Below the pieces are notes generated by a model. That model was given only the letters and a program-made list of their open reading frames with translations. It was not told the DNA's origin and ran no database searches. From the IMG/VR virus record IMGVR_UViG_3300032306_000101, positions 1 to 28,156 of that record: DNA of 28,156 nt. One strand, 5' to 3'. The stretch's first letter is position 1. The number at the start of each line of letters is the position of its first letter. Made by a program: the position numbers and the translations under genes. Of this stretch, positions 1 through 9,185 are shown one piece after another. Origin of the DNA: a virus (Duplodnaviria; Caudoviricetes).

Positions 1-1
1 A

Positions 2-187
2 GCCACTGTAATAAGTACTTGGTACAATATTGGAGCAGTGTTAGCAGTGGGCGATCATTTAACAGCCACTATTGTAGACAGTAGTTTTCATAAGATTTAC
101 AGACTAACTGTAATTATACGTGAGAAAGGTACAACTCCTGGTAGTGAATTCGCTACAGCATACGCAATTATTGAACAGATACAATAA
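2..187 (+). CDS. 3' end of a gene truncated by the window edge, probably a virion or tail-fibre protein
   Basis: Frame 2 is open from the edge to TAA at 185-187 (...HKIYRLTVIIREKGTTPGSEFATAYAIIEQIQ*). It lies directly upstream of the tail-fibre gene. Confidence 0.6.
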   Translation, partial: ATVISTWYNIGAVLAVGDHLTATIVDSSFHKIYRLTVIIREKGTTPGSEFATAYAIIEQIQ

Positions 188-212
188 CGGTAAAAATTAA
201 AGAATTTAAAAT

Positions 213-1997
213 ATGGCAACCCAAATAAAATTAAGAAGAGATACCAATGCCAACTGGACTGCTAACAGCACAGTGGTTCTAGGAGAAGGCGAGATTGGTG
301 TTAACTTAACCAACGGCCAGTTCAAGTTAGGCGATGGCACTAGCACATGGTCAGCGTTGACATATTTTCAACCAGGTGCTGGCAGTCTAAGTGTAACAAC
401 TAATTCAGCAAGTGGTGTGGGTAGTTTGAGTTACAGTACTGGAGTATTGACATTTACACCAGCGGCTTCTTATGCATTGCCCACAGCCAGTACAACAGTA
501 CTAGGCGGTGTTAAGGTTGACGGCACAAGTATTACTATTAATGGTAGTGGCGTTATCAGTGGGGCAAATACATACACGCTACCTGCAACGACTACAACTA
601 CCCTGGGCGGTGTAATTATTCCATCAGTTGCAACTAGTGGTATTAATAATACCAGTGGTACCATTGGATTAGCCACAGCAACTACCACACAGCTTGGTGG
701 GGTTAAGGTTGACAACAGCACTATTGTAATCACCAACGGAGTTATTGCAGTCAGTAGTGCATTAACCAGTGCTACACAATTCAAAGGCAATTGGGATGCA
801 AGTACCAATACACCCGCATTAAGCAACAGTTTGCCTGGAGGTGTGGCCGCTGGTTGGGAATATATCGTTGGTACTGGAGGAATCAGAGACATCGGCAACG
901 GCAGTACTGCTTGGTCCATAGGCGACTTAGTAATATACGATGGTGCAAAATGGGTACGTATTCCAAGCGGCAACAATGTGGTGTCATTTAATACTAGACA
1001 AGGTGCAATCACATTACTCAGCAGTGACGTTACAACAGCATTGGGATTCACACCCGGTGCATCAGTTGGTTCTTCCAGTATAACTACACTAGGAACTATT
1101 GGTACTGGTGTCTGGAATGGCTCTGTGATTGCTGGCCAGTATGGCGGAACTGGAGTAGCAAATACTGGAAAGACCATCACACTCGGTGGCAACCTTACTA
1201 CTTCAGGTGCTTATGCTATCACACTGATTGCTAGCGCCGTTACTAGTGTAACTCTACCAACAAGTGGTACGTTGGCAACACAAGCGGGTACTGAAACATT
1301 AACAAACAAAACGCTGGGTGCCACTACCGTTGCTGGACATTTAGTTCCAAATACCGATGTTGCGTATGATCTTGGATCTGTAACTTATAAATTTAGAGAT
1401 TTATATCTAAGCGGCAGTTCAATTAAATTAGGCGATGCAACTATCACCGCGTCTGGCACTACTTTAACTATACCAGCATCCAGCACATTAACAACGCCAG
1501 TCATTGCCACTAACATTACAACTGGTAGTACAAATTTTTCTCTTATTAATACCACCGCTACCACAGTTAATTTTGCTGGTGCCGCAACCACCGCGTTGAC
1601 TATTGGTGCAAGCAATGCCCCTATTACTGGTTTTGCTAGAACAGCTACTACGGCAAGTACAGCCTCAAGTTTGGGTTACTTGGGCTTGCCACAAAGTGCC
1701 ACTGCTACCACAGCTATTTTAGCTATAGGTGATGCGGGCAAACACGTTTATGTGACCACAGCAAGTCAAACAATAACTATTCCGGCTAACGGTACTGTGG
1801 CGTATCCAATAGGAACTACTCTTACATTTATTGCTGGACCAAGTGCTACCACAGTAAGTATTGCTATTGCTACAGACACCATGAGATTAGCGGGCGGTGC
1901 TTTGACAGGTACTAGAACATTGGCAGCAAATGGTATGGCCACAGCAGTTAAGGTTGCGGCTACAACATGGTATATTAATGGCGTAGGATTAACATAA
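213..1997 (+). CDS. Tail fibre / receptor-binding protein with Mtd_N-like N-terminal domain
   Basis: N-terminus QIKLRRDT..NW...VLGEGEIG......FKLGDG...W..L.Y matches the major-tropism-determinant N-terminal pattern. Repeated LP.A.TT.LGGVKVD motifs, Thr/Gly/Ser/Ala-rich body, typical phage fibre C-terminus (TITIPAN..VAYPIGT...TWYING.GLT). Confidence 0.8.
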   Translation: MATQIKLRRDTNANWTANSTVVLGEGEIGVNLTNGQFKLGDGTSTWSALTYFQPGAGSLSVTTNSASGVGSLSYSTGVLTFTPAASYALPTASTTVLGGVKVDGTSITINGSGVISGANTYTLPATTTTTLGGVIIPSVATSGINNTSGTIGLATATTTQLGGVKVDNSTIVITNGVIAVSSALTSATQFKGNWDASTNTPALSNSLPGGVAAGWEYIVGTGGIRDIGNGSTAWSIGDLVIYDGAKWVRIPSGNNVVSFNTRQGAITLLSSDVTTALGFTPGASVGSSSITTLGTIGTGVWNGSVIAGQYGGTGVANTGKTITLGGNLTTSGAYAITLIASAVTSVTLPTSGTLATQAGTETLTNKTLGATTVAGHLVPNTDVAYDLGSVTYKFRDLYLSGSSIKLGDATITASGTTLTIPASSTLTTPVIATNITTGSTNFSLINTTATTVNFAGAATTALTIGASNAPITGFARTATTASTASSLGYLGLPQSATATTAILAIGDAGKHVYVTTASQTITIPANGTVAYPIGTTLTFIAGPSATTVSIAIATDTMRLAGGALTGTRTLAANGMATAVKVAATTWYINGVGLT

Positions 1998-1998
1998 T

Positions 1999-2715
1999 AT
2001 GACAGGTGCAATAGCAGTAATGGCCAGTTATGGAACGAGCGGCCCAGCTCCTGCTACTTTGGTATTAGATCTAGATGCGGCCAACTATTCAGCTGTTCCA
2101 ACTAACGGAAGTACTATAGCAGGTGCTGGCGCTTATACTATCACCGTGGCAAATCCTGGATCACTTATCAGCTGGAACAGTACCAACAGCGGTGCGTTTA
2201 GAGTGGCTAGTGCGGCCAGTAACAGCACTAACTTTTTAACATTTGGACCAAACTATTCATCTACTTCGCAGGCCTATACAGTGATGATGGTGTATAGATC
2301 ACTGTCAGGCACAGCAGGCAGACTGTTGAACGCCAACACAACAAGCCCTGATTGGCTAATGGGCTTGTACGGTAGCGGTGCCGGTGTACAGGACATTTTC
2401 TTCAACGGCTCATTTGTGGGCAGTAGTAGCACAGCTCAAAACGGCTCCTGGCGATTTGGCTGGTTTACATACAACGGAACTACCACTACAAATGCTTATG
2501 CGGCCGGAAGTACTGCGCCAACAACTACCCATGGAACCAAAGCTGGTAATGGCGGGTTCAACGGCTTGAGATTGTTTGGTAGATACAGCACCTCTACAAC
2601 GATTGTTGAACAGGTAACAGCCGATGTGGGTTTGGTTAAAATCTGGGACGGTGCCCTAACTCTGTCGCAGATACAGGCTCAACATGCCGTATACAAGACA
2701 AGATTTGGATATTAA
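1999..2715 (+). CDS. LamG/concanavalin-A-like beta-sandwich virion protein (putative)
   Basis: LVLDLDAANY start and VGLVKIWDGALTLSQIQAQH..YKTRFG end are typical of phage LamG-like domains. Starts 1 nt after the fibre gene. Confidence 0.65.
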   Translation: MTGAIAVMASYGTSGPAPATLVLDLDAANYSAVPTNGSTIAGAGAYTITVANPGSLISWNSTNSGAFRVASAASNSTNFLTFGPNYSSTSQAYTVMMVYRSLSGTAGRLLNANTTSPDWLMGLYGSGAGVQDIFFNGSFVGSSSTAQNGSWRFGWFTYNGTTTTNAYAAGSTAPTTTHGTKAGNGGFNGLRLFGRYSTSTTIVEQVTADVGLVKIWDGALTLSQIQAQHAVYKTRFGY

Positions 2716-2720
2716 TAAAC

Positions 2721-2728
2721 GGTAAATA
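2721..2728 (+). promoter_or_regulatory. Late-promoter-like GnTAAATA
   Basis: ggTAAATA 18 nt before the ATG at 2747; the motif recurs before several operon starts. Confidence 0.6.
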
Positions 2729-2746
2729 TACTAAACGGAGCAGAAC

Positions 2747-3313
2747 ATGGCTATACAACCAATCAACTTAGGCAACTACGCAAATGACGGTACAGGTGAC
2801 GATTTACGTACCGCGTTTACCAAAGTAAATGCCAATTTTACAGAACTATATCAAGGTGCGGCTATTTCCACTGCCAGTAATAGCGGAGCAGGTGTTGGTG
2901 TTTTTAAAGATAAAAACGGAACTATTTTACGTTTTAAATCATTGACCAGCACAGACAGCAGTGTTACATTTACCAACAACGCAGATACTGTTAATTTACG
3001 TGCTAATACAAAATTAGAAAATGACTTGACTCCAAAGTTAGGTGGCAACTTAGACATCAACGGTCGCTTGATTTTTGGCACAGGTGTCAGCGATGTTCAA
3101 GCAAATGTGTGGGGAACTAACTTACGACAACTCAGTGCCACGGTACAACTGATGTTAGAAAGCGGCAATGTTAATGTCAACATGGGGACATTTACCAATC
3201 CTACTGGATTTCAAAATGCCAACAATTACCCAAGTGGGTACACATTAGACATGGGCAATTGGACTTTAGGAACTGACATTTCAAATAACCAACTGAATTT
3301 TGGCGCATTTTAA
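2747..3313 (+). CDS. Baseplate/tail-associated structural protein with T4 gp9/gp10-like N-terminus
   Basis: INLG..ANDGTGDDLRTAFTKVNANFTELY motif; also D.TPKLGGNLDING fibre-type motif. GGAG RBS and TAAATA upstream. Confidence 0.7.
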   Translation: MAIQPINLGNYANDGTGDDLRTAFTKVNANFTELYQGAAISTASNSGAGVGVFKDKNGTILRFKSLTSTDSSVTFTNNADTVNLRANTKLENDLTPKLGGNLDINGRLIFGTGVSDVQANVWGTNLRQLSATVQLMLESGNVNVNMGTFTNPTGFQNANNYPSGYTLDMGNWTLGTDISNNQLNFGAF

Positions 3314-3315
3314 GC

Positions 3316-3323
3316 GATAAATA
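3316..3323 (+). promoter_or_regulatory. Late-promoter-like GnTAAATA
   Basis: gaTAAATA 18 nt before the ATG at 3342. Confidence 0.6.
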
Positions 3324-3341
3324 TTTAAAATAAGGAGTGGT

Positions 3342-5936
3342 ATGCCGCTATCAGTTTGGACACAACCCAGTGGATTTAAATTTACAAACAATGGGCAACC
3401 TTTTTTAGCAGGGGTTTCCATTGATCTCACGTTACCACTGAACACCAGCGTAAGCGGCGTTAGTCTTAGAATCATATCTGGAGAATTGCCCTCAGGTTTA
3501 TTCTTAATAGGCACACACATTATTGGCAGTCCGTTTATTAAAAAAAATAAGACAGCCTACAGTTTTTGTATCAGAGCTAGCAAAGCTGGAGAAATTTCAG
3601 ATAGAACATATAACTTGTCACTAACTGAACCCAATGTGCCAACTTTCATAACAAATCCCGGCGAGCTTGATATTGGATTGTATCAGCAGTATTATGTGCT
3701 GGATGGCAGTTATGTGAACTATCAACTGGAATCCATTAATCTTGCAGACGATAGACAACCAGTGTCGTATTTTATATCCAGTGGAGATGGTGCGTTACCT
3801 CCTGGATTGACACTAAGCAAAGACGGAGTAATTTCAGGATACATTATTCCTGTGTTAACTATCTTGCCCAACGACGGTGATGGTAACTATGACGGCGCTA
3901 TTTACGATGCAGTGGCATTTGATTTTGGACCAAGACCAAGTAATGGTTTTGACAACTATGCCTACGATGATGTGTTTTTTGACTTTGCAGTTCCCACACA
4001 ACAGGTAATCAGCCTTAACGCAAATTATCAATTTAGAGTTACTATAACAGACGGTGTTGACTCCGCTCAAAGATTATTTAGAATTTTTGTTGTTGGCAAC
4101 GATCAATTTAGAGCAGACAATACTGCAACCACAGGACTGGCATCATCATTCACTGCTGACGCTACGTATATTAGACAACCTGTATGGATTTCAAAATCTG
4201 ATTTGGGATTGTTTAGAGCCAACAACTATCTAACTATTCCCCTAGCACTGTACGATGAAAACACTGTTAGTTTTAGAGTAGAAACAACTAACCAAGAAGT
4301 ATACTCAACGTCTATACAAATTACCAGTCAAGATAACATTGTAGGCAGTCGCTCTGTTACCATACAAAATGTCACTACGGCGCCTGTTGTGGGACAATAT
4401 TTTAATTTATTACATTATGTTCCAACAGCTACTGGGGAAGTATATCAAATATCAGCTGTTACAAGTCTTGGCAATAATAAGTATAGATTAACAATTTATA
4501 ATAATTTGTTAATAACTATTCCTAATACTAGTGTAATTTATATTGGATCATTAAGTCAGTTACCGCAAGGCACAACATTTGATTCGCAAACAGGTGATGT
4601 GTTTGGTGTTGTTCCTTATCAACCAGCAATTACAAAAAATTACAAATTTACTATTACCAGCACACGATACGGCGATAAAACCGACAGTATTAGTGCAAGT
4701 AAAACATTTAGTATCAGCATACTTGGAGACATTACTAGTGAAATTGTTTGGATTACTGATAAAAATCTAGGGGAGATACCAGCAAACTACACGTCAACTC
4801 TAAATGTAACTGCATACAGCAATGTTACTGGATCTGTGGTAATTTATCAATTGACAGGCGGAACATTACCGCCCGGACTGACTTTAAATCCAGACGGGGA
4901 ATTAATTGGTAAAGTAAATCAATATTACAAGCCTGCTACTCAAGCGGCAGGATTAATAACATTTGACAGCGGCACAACCATATTTGATAATAAAACCACC
5001 AGCATTGAAAGAATTTTTACATTTAAAATCACTGCTAGAGATCAGTATGGGTACACTGCCACTGAGCGAGAGTTCACAGTTTTAGTAACTACACCCAATA
5101 CTGTGCTTTATAGTAACATTACCACTAGACCATTTTTAAACACAACACAACGAACACTGTGGAAAACTTTTATCGACAACACCAATGTGTTTACTCCTAC
5201 CAGCATTTATAGAACAAACGACCCTGTGTTTGGCATACAAAGTTCGTTAAGTATGTTAGTATATGCTGGCATTGAAACCAAAGATGCGGCAGCATACATT
5301 GGAGCCATGGGACTTAATCACAAAAGAAAAAGATTTCAATTTGGTTCTGTAAAAAAAGCATTGGCTGTGGATCCTATTACTAAAGACACGTTGTACGAAG
5401 TAGTGTATGTAGAAATGTTTGACCCGTCAGAACCAGACAAAAAGTTTTTACCCGATCGCATTGAAACAGTAACCGATAAAAGAACAATAACTATCGATAC
5501 TAGCAATTCTATATGGAGTCGTAGTTTATCAGATTTAAATGCTGACGGACTAAATGCTCAACGTCCTGAACAAAATATCACTGCCGATAGCACTGGCTAC
5601 GAAGCAAGTAATCCCAATGTGGATACATATTTTCCTAGTAGCATAACCAACTGGCAAAAACGATTGAAAGCTGTTGGATTAAGCGAAAGAAACTATTTGC
5701 CACTTTGGATGCGTAGCATACCTGATGGTAGCAAAAAACAACTGGGATATACACTAGCTGTACCATTGTGTTTTTGCAAGCCAGGAACCGCAGATACCAT
5801 ACTTTTAAATATAAAATTCAGCGGTTTTGACTTCAAAAACATCGATTATACTGTAGATAGGTACATAATAGATTCTGTTACCGGTCAGGACAGTGATAAA
5901 TACCTTGTATTCAGAAACGATAGGATAACCGTATGA
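3342..5936 (+). CDS. Large virion structural protein with putative Ig (He_PIG-like) repeats
   Basis: Repeated G.LP.GL.L...G.I.G motifs (GELPSGLFL, GALPPGLTLSKDGVISG, GTLPPGLTLNPDGELIG). AAGGAG RBS; structural-gene context. Confidence 0.7.
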   Translation: MPLSVWTQPSGFKFTNNGQPFLAGVSIDLTLPLNTSVSGVSLRIISGELPSGLFLIGTHIIGSPFIKKNKTAYSFCIRASKAGEISDRTYNLSLTEPNVPTFITNPGELDIGLYQQYYVLDGSYVNYQLESINLADDRQPVSYFISSGDGALPPGLTLSKDGVISGYIIPVLTILPNDGDGNYDGAIYDAVAFDFGPRPSNGFDNYAYDDVFFDFAVPTQQVISLNANYQFRVTITDGVDSAQRLFRIFVVGNDQFRADNTATTGLASSFTADATYIRQPVWISKSDLGLFRANNYLTIPLALYDENTVSFRVETTNQEVYSTSIQITSQDNIVGSRSVTIQNVTTAPVVGQYFNLLHYVPTATGEVYQISAVTSLGNNKYRLTIYNNLLITIPNTSVIYIGSLSQLPQGTTFDSQTGDVFGVVPYQPAITKNYKFTITSTRYGDKTDSISASKTFSISILGDITSEIVWITDKNLGEIPANYTSTLNVTAYSNVTGSVVIYQLTGGTLPPGLTLNPDGELIGKVNQYYKPATQAAGLITFDSGTTIFDNKTTSIERIFTFKITARDQYGYTATEREFTVLVTTPNTVLYSNITTRPFLNTTQRTLWKTFIDNTNVFTPTSIYRTNDPVFGIQSSLSMLVYAGIETKDAAAYIGAMGLNHKRKRFQFGSVKKALAVDPITKDTLYEVVYVEMFDPSEPDKKFLPDRIETVTDKRTITIDTSNSIWSRSLSDLNADGLNAQRPEQNITADSTGYEASNPNVDTYFPSSITNWQKRLKAVGLSERNYLPLWMRSIPDGSKKQLGYTLAVPLCFCKPGTADTILLNIKFSGFDFKNIDYTVDRYIIDSVTGQDSDKYLVFRNDRITV

Positions 5937-6517
5937 CCAGCGCAATTAATTTTTCAGCAATTGTAACTACCTTTCCCGTAGCAGGACAGGACAATAACAG
6001 CCAAGGTTTTAGAGATAACTTTGCTGCCACCAGTGCAGGGCTTTCAGTTGCCAAAACTGAAATCACAGCATTGCAAACAAATGTACTTCTAAAAGCAGAT
6101 TTAGCCACTGGTACTACTCCAGTAGTTAATGATTTGATTGGAAGCACCTTATCTAACGGTTTGTACAAACAACTCAACGGAGTGTTTTACAATGCTGGCG
6201 GATTAAGCGGCACTCAAAATATCAATATTAACAATGGCCCAATGCAACGTATGACAGCAACCGGCGGCAACATTGTTATTAATTTTATCAATTGGCCAGC
6301 AAGCGGTCAATACAGTTGTGTTAGACTTATGCTAATCGGCGACCAACAATCAAATAGAACTGTGCAATTTTCAACAGAGAATTCCGGAACAATCAAACTA
6401 GCAACAGGCTTAACCAGTCCATTTACACTGGGAACTACTGCAAAATTTGAAATATTTGAAGCGTTCACTGTGGATGATGGCACTAACGTGTTCATCAGCA
6501 AAGTAGGCCAATTCTAA
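5933..6517 (+). CDS. Putative virion structural protein
   Basis: ATGA overlap with the previous gene; N-terminal FPVAGQDNNSQGFRDNF motif; beta-rich C-terminus. Confidence 0.6.
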   Translation: MTSAINFSAIVTTFPVAGQDNNSQGFRDNFAATSAGLSVAKTEITALQTNVLLKADLATGTTPVVNDLIGSTLSNGLYKQLNGVFYNAGGLSGTQNININNGPMQRMTATGGNIVINFINWPASGQYSCVRLMLIGDQQSNRTVQFSTENSGTIKLATGLTSPFTLGTTAKFEIFEAFTVDDGTNVFISKVGQF

Positions 6518-6747
6518 TGCATCCATTAGTAAACGATTTTTCACATCTCAAAGATTCCGAAGTTGAAAATAAAATTGGTGAGTTAACTCGCAAATATTTT
6601 ATGACACACAATGTTGAAATTCGAGGTCAAATTGTTATGGTGTTAGAATCATACAAAGAAGAAGCTGGCAACCGTAGAAGAGCCGCTTTGGAAAAAATGA
6701 TGGAAAATCGCGATAAAAGTCTTGACAAACTAATAAATGTAAGTTAA
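6517..6747 (+). CDS. Hypothetical protein (76 aa, helical)
   Basis: TAATG stop/start coupling with the upstream gene; fills the gap before the dnaE fragment. Confidence 0.7.
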   Translation: MHPLVNDFSHLKDSEVENKIGELTRKYFMTHNVEIRGQIVMVLESYKEEAGNRRRAALEKMMENRDKSLDKLINVS

Positions 6748-6750
6748 ACT
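6722..6750 (+). promoter_or_regulatory. Sigma70-like promoter for the dnaE-like fragment
   Basis: TTGACA (6722-6727), 17-nt spacer, TAAACT (6745-6750). The ATG at 6758 is only 7 nt downstream with no clear SD, so the mRNA may be leaderless. Confidence 0.6.
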
Positions 6751-6757
6751 ATAGGCT

Positions 6758-7267
6758 ATGCGCCTAGACAAGTTTGGAAATCCCATTTTTAATTCAGCTG
6801 ATATATTCAAAATACTCTACCAGGGTAAACTAACAAACCTCAATGAGCTTACAGTGGATCACAGTGAAGAAATTGAACAGTTGGAAAAAACTGCGGAATT
6901 TGAGTTCAAAAGATTTAACGAGCAGTTAGATCAAATTTCAATTGAAGATTTTGACCATGCACTACAAAGCGAATGGTTTATGCCTTCAAAATATAAAGAA
7001 TTCGATGTAACAGAATACTGCTTAAATAGATGTTCAACAGCTGAACAAATAGACAGAGTCAAACAAGAAATGGCGGCTTACAAAGCCCGCGGAATGACTC
7101 CGTTGTTACAGTGGACCAAGCATTTTGTAGATACTTGCAACGAAAACAACATTGTTTGGGGCGTGGGTCGAGGTTCAAGTGTAGCTAGTTTTGTGCTGTT
7201 TTTACTGGGCGTACACCAGATAGATTCTGTCAAATATAATTTAGACTGGCAGGAATTCTTGAGATAA
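6758..7267 (+). CDS. dnaE: DNA polymerase III alpha (DnaE)-like fragment, N-terminal part of the palm/NTPase domain
   Basis: RV..EM......G...LL......VD......IVWGVGRGSSVASFVLFLLGVHQIDSVKYNL.WQEFLR corresponds to the DnaE GxGRGS...LGIT.VDP....L.FERFL region. Only 169 aa. Confidence 0.75.
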   Translation: MRLDKFGNPIFNSADIFKILYQGKLTNLNELTVDHSEEIEQLEKTAEFEFKRFNEQLDQISIEDFDHALQSEWFMPSKYKEFDVTEYCLNRCSTAEQIDRVKQEMAAYKARGMTPLLQWTKHFVDTCNENNIVWGVGRGSSVASFVLFLLGVHQIDSVKYNLDWQEFLR

Positions 7268-7294
7268 GTACTATTATATTCTAAGGAGATTGCT

Positions 7295-7579
7295 ATGGCA
7301 ATGAAAGAACAACAACGTCAGGTTTACCGTACCGCAAGAGGTAAACAAGTCGATATGAACAAATTAATTAACCAAAACGAACTGACTATTGCAGTTGGCA
7401 ATGCAAAAGTTAATGCCCGAGGTGATAAACTTGGTGCCAACGGTGAAGTTGTAAAAACTAGAGAAGAAATTCTCAAAGAACGTGATGCTAGTTTGAATCA
7501 GCCAATTGTGCCAAATCAAGTTAATGTTCGAACATCAGAAAAAGATGTTTCAAATATGGATCCCGAAGGTAAAGAATGA
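7295..7579 (+). CDS. Hypothetical protein
   Basis: AAGGAG RBS; ATGA-coupled to groES; gaTAAGTA late-promoter variant at 7265-7270. Confidence 0.75.
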   Translation: MAMKEQQRQVYRTARGKQVDMNKLINQNELTIAVGNAKVNARGDKLGANGEVVKTREEILKERDASLNQPIVPNQVNVRTSEKDVSNMDPEGKE

Positions 7580-7977
7580 GCAAAGTAACAGGTAAACTGA
7601 TTCCAATACGCGACAATGTTTTAGTTACTGATATGAACTTTGATGCTCGTGTAACCAAGGGCGGTATTGTACTGCCCAGCGATGACGGCAAAAGCGAAGG
7701 TGTTAGACACAGATGGGGTCGAGTTTGGGCAATTGGTCCAGAACAACAAGATGTCAAAGTTGGAGAATGGATCTTACTCGAACACGGTAGGTGGACTCGA
7801 GGAGTTACAGTTGAGCAAGAAGATGGCACTGAGATTATAATTCGACGTGCAGACATCAAAGCTATCCTGATGGTCACTGAAGAAAAACCAGCAGACGATA
7901 CGTTTGGTGCTCATAGTAAAGTTGAACATGCCACTGTTGATCCGAGTACATTTGCTCAACCAAGTTTCGAACAATAA
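7576..7977 (+). CDS. groES: GroES-like co-chaperonin (Cpn10)
   Basis: KLIPIRDNVLV, mobile loop TKGGIVLP, G.V.AIGP....VKVGE.IL, DIKAIL; carries a C-terminal extension. Confidence 0.8.
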   Translation: MSKVTGKLIPIRDNVLVTDMNFDARVTKGGIVLPSDDGKSEGVRHRWGRVWAIGPEQQDVKVGEWILLEHGRWTRGVTVEQEDGTEIIIRRADIKAILMVTEEKPADDTFGAHSKVEHATVDPSTFAQPSFEQ

Positions 7978-7993
7978 TTAACGGTATTCGAGT

Positions 7994-8021
7994 AACAGGG
8001 CTATTGACTAGCCCTGTTTTC
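7994..8021 (+). terminator. Intrinsic terminator hairpin after groES
   Basis: Perfect 10-bp inverted repeat aacagggcta (7994-8003) / tagccctgtt (8009-8018), loop ttgac, followed by T residues. Confidence 0.7.
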
Positions 8022-8032
8022 ACCTGTATAAT
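8004..8032 (+). promoter_or_regulatory. Sigma70-like promoter for the clamp loader / dCMP deaminase operon
   Basis: TTGACT (8004-8009), 17-nt spacer, TATAAT (8027-8032); AAGGAG RBS follows. Confidence 0.75.
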
Positions 8033-8052
8033 CATGTGAAGGAGTACCAACT

Positions 8053-8271
8053 ATGGACATGGATCAAGCGGCAATTTTTTTAGCAGGCAGTATATTATTT
8101 GCGTTAGGTATTGTAACTCTTGTTATTGGATGTGTTGTCATTAACAATGTCATTCATAAATTTTGGAAACCTATAAAAATATTCACTCCAGACAGCTGGA
8201 AAGGGTTTATGCCACCAGTGCAATTTGTAGAAGCTAAAGAACCTGAATTTAAAGAAAAAGGAACAAAATGA
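8053..8271 (+). CDS. Small single-pass membrane protein
   Basis: AAGGAG RBS; hydrophobic stretch AAIFLAGSILFALGIVTLVIGCVVI; ATGA overlap with the next gene. Confidence 0.7.
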   Translation: MDMDQAAIFLAGSILFALGIVTLVIGCVVINNVIHKFWKPIKIFTPDSWKGFMPPVQFVEAKEPEFKEKGTK

Positions 8272-9185
8272 AAGAACTATGGGTAGAAAAATATCGGCCT
8301 AGTACCATTGACGGTTATGTTTTTAGAGACAACCATCAAAAAGAACAAATACAAAGTTGGATCAAGCAAAAGTCTATTCCGCATTTGTTGTTTAGCGGAT
8401 CTGCTGGTATTGGTAAAACTACTTTAGCAAAGATTTTGTTTAACGAATTAGAGGTTAACGACTTAGATGTATTAGAAATTAATGCAAGTCGTACCAACTC
8501 CGTAGACGATGTCCGAGATAAAATTATTAACTTTGTACAGATGATTCCGTTTGGTGACTTTAAAGTAGTGCTACTAGACGAAGCAGATTATCTAAGTCCA
8601 AACGCACAAGCGGCATTACGAGGTGTTATGGAGGAATATCATACCACTGCTCGATTCATTCTTACTTGTAATTATCCAAACAAAATTATTCCTGCGCTAC
8701 ATAGTCGTTGCCAAGGATTCCACATTGAACGAGTTGACGTTACAGAGTTTACTGCTCGCATAGCCACAATTCTTATGGAAGAAAGCATAGAGTTTGATTT
8801 AGACACACTGGATACATTTGTCAAAGCAACATATCCAGACTTGCGCAAGTGTATTAATACTGTACAGATGAACAGTATGGATGCAAAACTTCACACTCCA
8901 GAAAAAGGAGACAGTGGGCAAGCAGATTATAAAATTGAAATGGTTAGATTGTTCAAAGCAGGCAAGATTGGCGAAGCACGTAAACTAGTTTGTGGACAGG
9001 TCAGGCCGGAAGAAATTGATGAGATTTATCGTTGGCTTTACGACAACGTTGCTATCTTTGGTGAAGAAGCTATCCAAGACAAGGCCATTCTTATCATTAA
9101 ACAAGGACTAGTAGATCATACGCTAGTTAGTGATCCAGAAATTAATCTGGCGGCTACACTGATTAGATTAAGTCATCTGCAATGA
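8268..9185 (+). CDS. Sliding-clamp loader AAA+ ATPase subunit (RFC small subunit / T4 gp44-like)
   Basis: LWVEKYRP, Walker A GSAGIGKTT, EINAS, Walker B LLDEAD, FILTCNY, SRC motif. Confidence 0.92.
   Translation: MKELWVEKYRPSTIDGYVFRDNHQKEQIQSWIKQKSIPHLLFSGSAGIGKTTLAKILFNELEVNDLDVLEINASRTNSVDDVRDKIINFVQMIPFGDFKVVLLDEADYLSPNAQAALRGVMEEYHTTARFILTCNYPNKIIPALHSRCQGFHIERVDVTEFTARIATILMEESIEFDLDTLDTFVKATYPDLRKCINTVQMNSMDAKLHTPEKGDSGQADYKIEMVRLFKAGKIGEARKLVCGQVRPEEIDEIYRWLYDNVAIFGEEAIQDKAILIIKQGLVDHTLVSDPEINLAATLIRLSHLQ

Noticed and set aside
470-1192. 240-aa minus-strand ORF and the many other short antisense or out-of-frame ORFs in the track
   Set aside because: Shadows of well-supported + strand genes, produced by biased codon patterns, with no recognisable motifs. 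Only the embedded Rz1 has independent support.
213-2715. Diversity-generating retroelement, suggested by the Mtd_N-like domain
   Set aside because: No reverse transcriptase and no template/variable repeat pair differing at adenines seen in the window. Mtd_N alone is only a fibre anchor domain.
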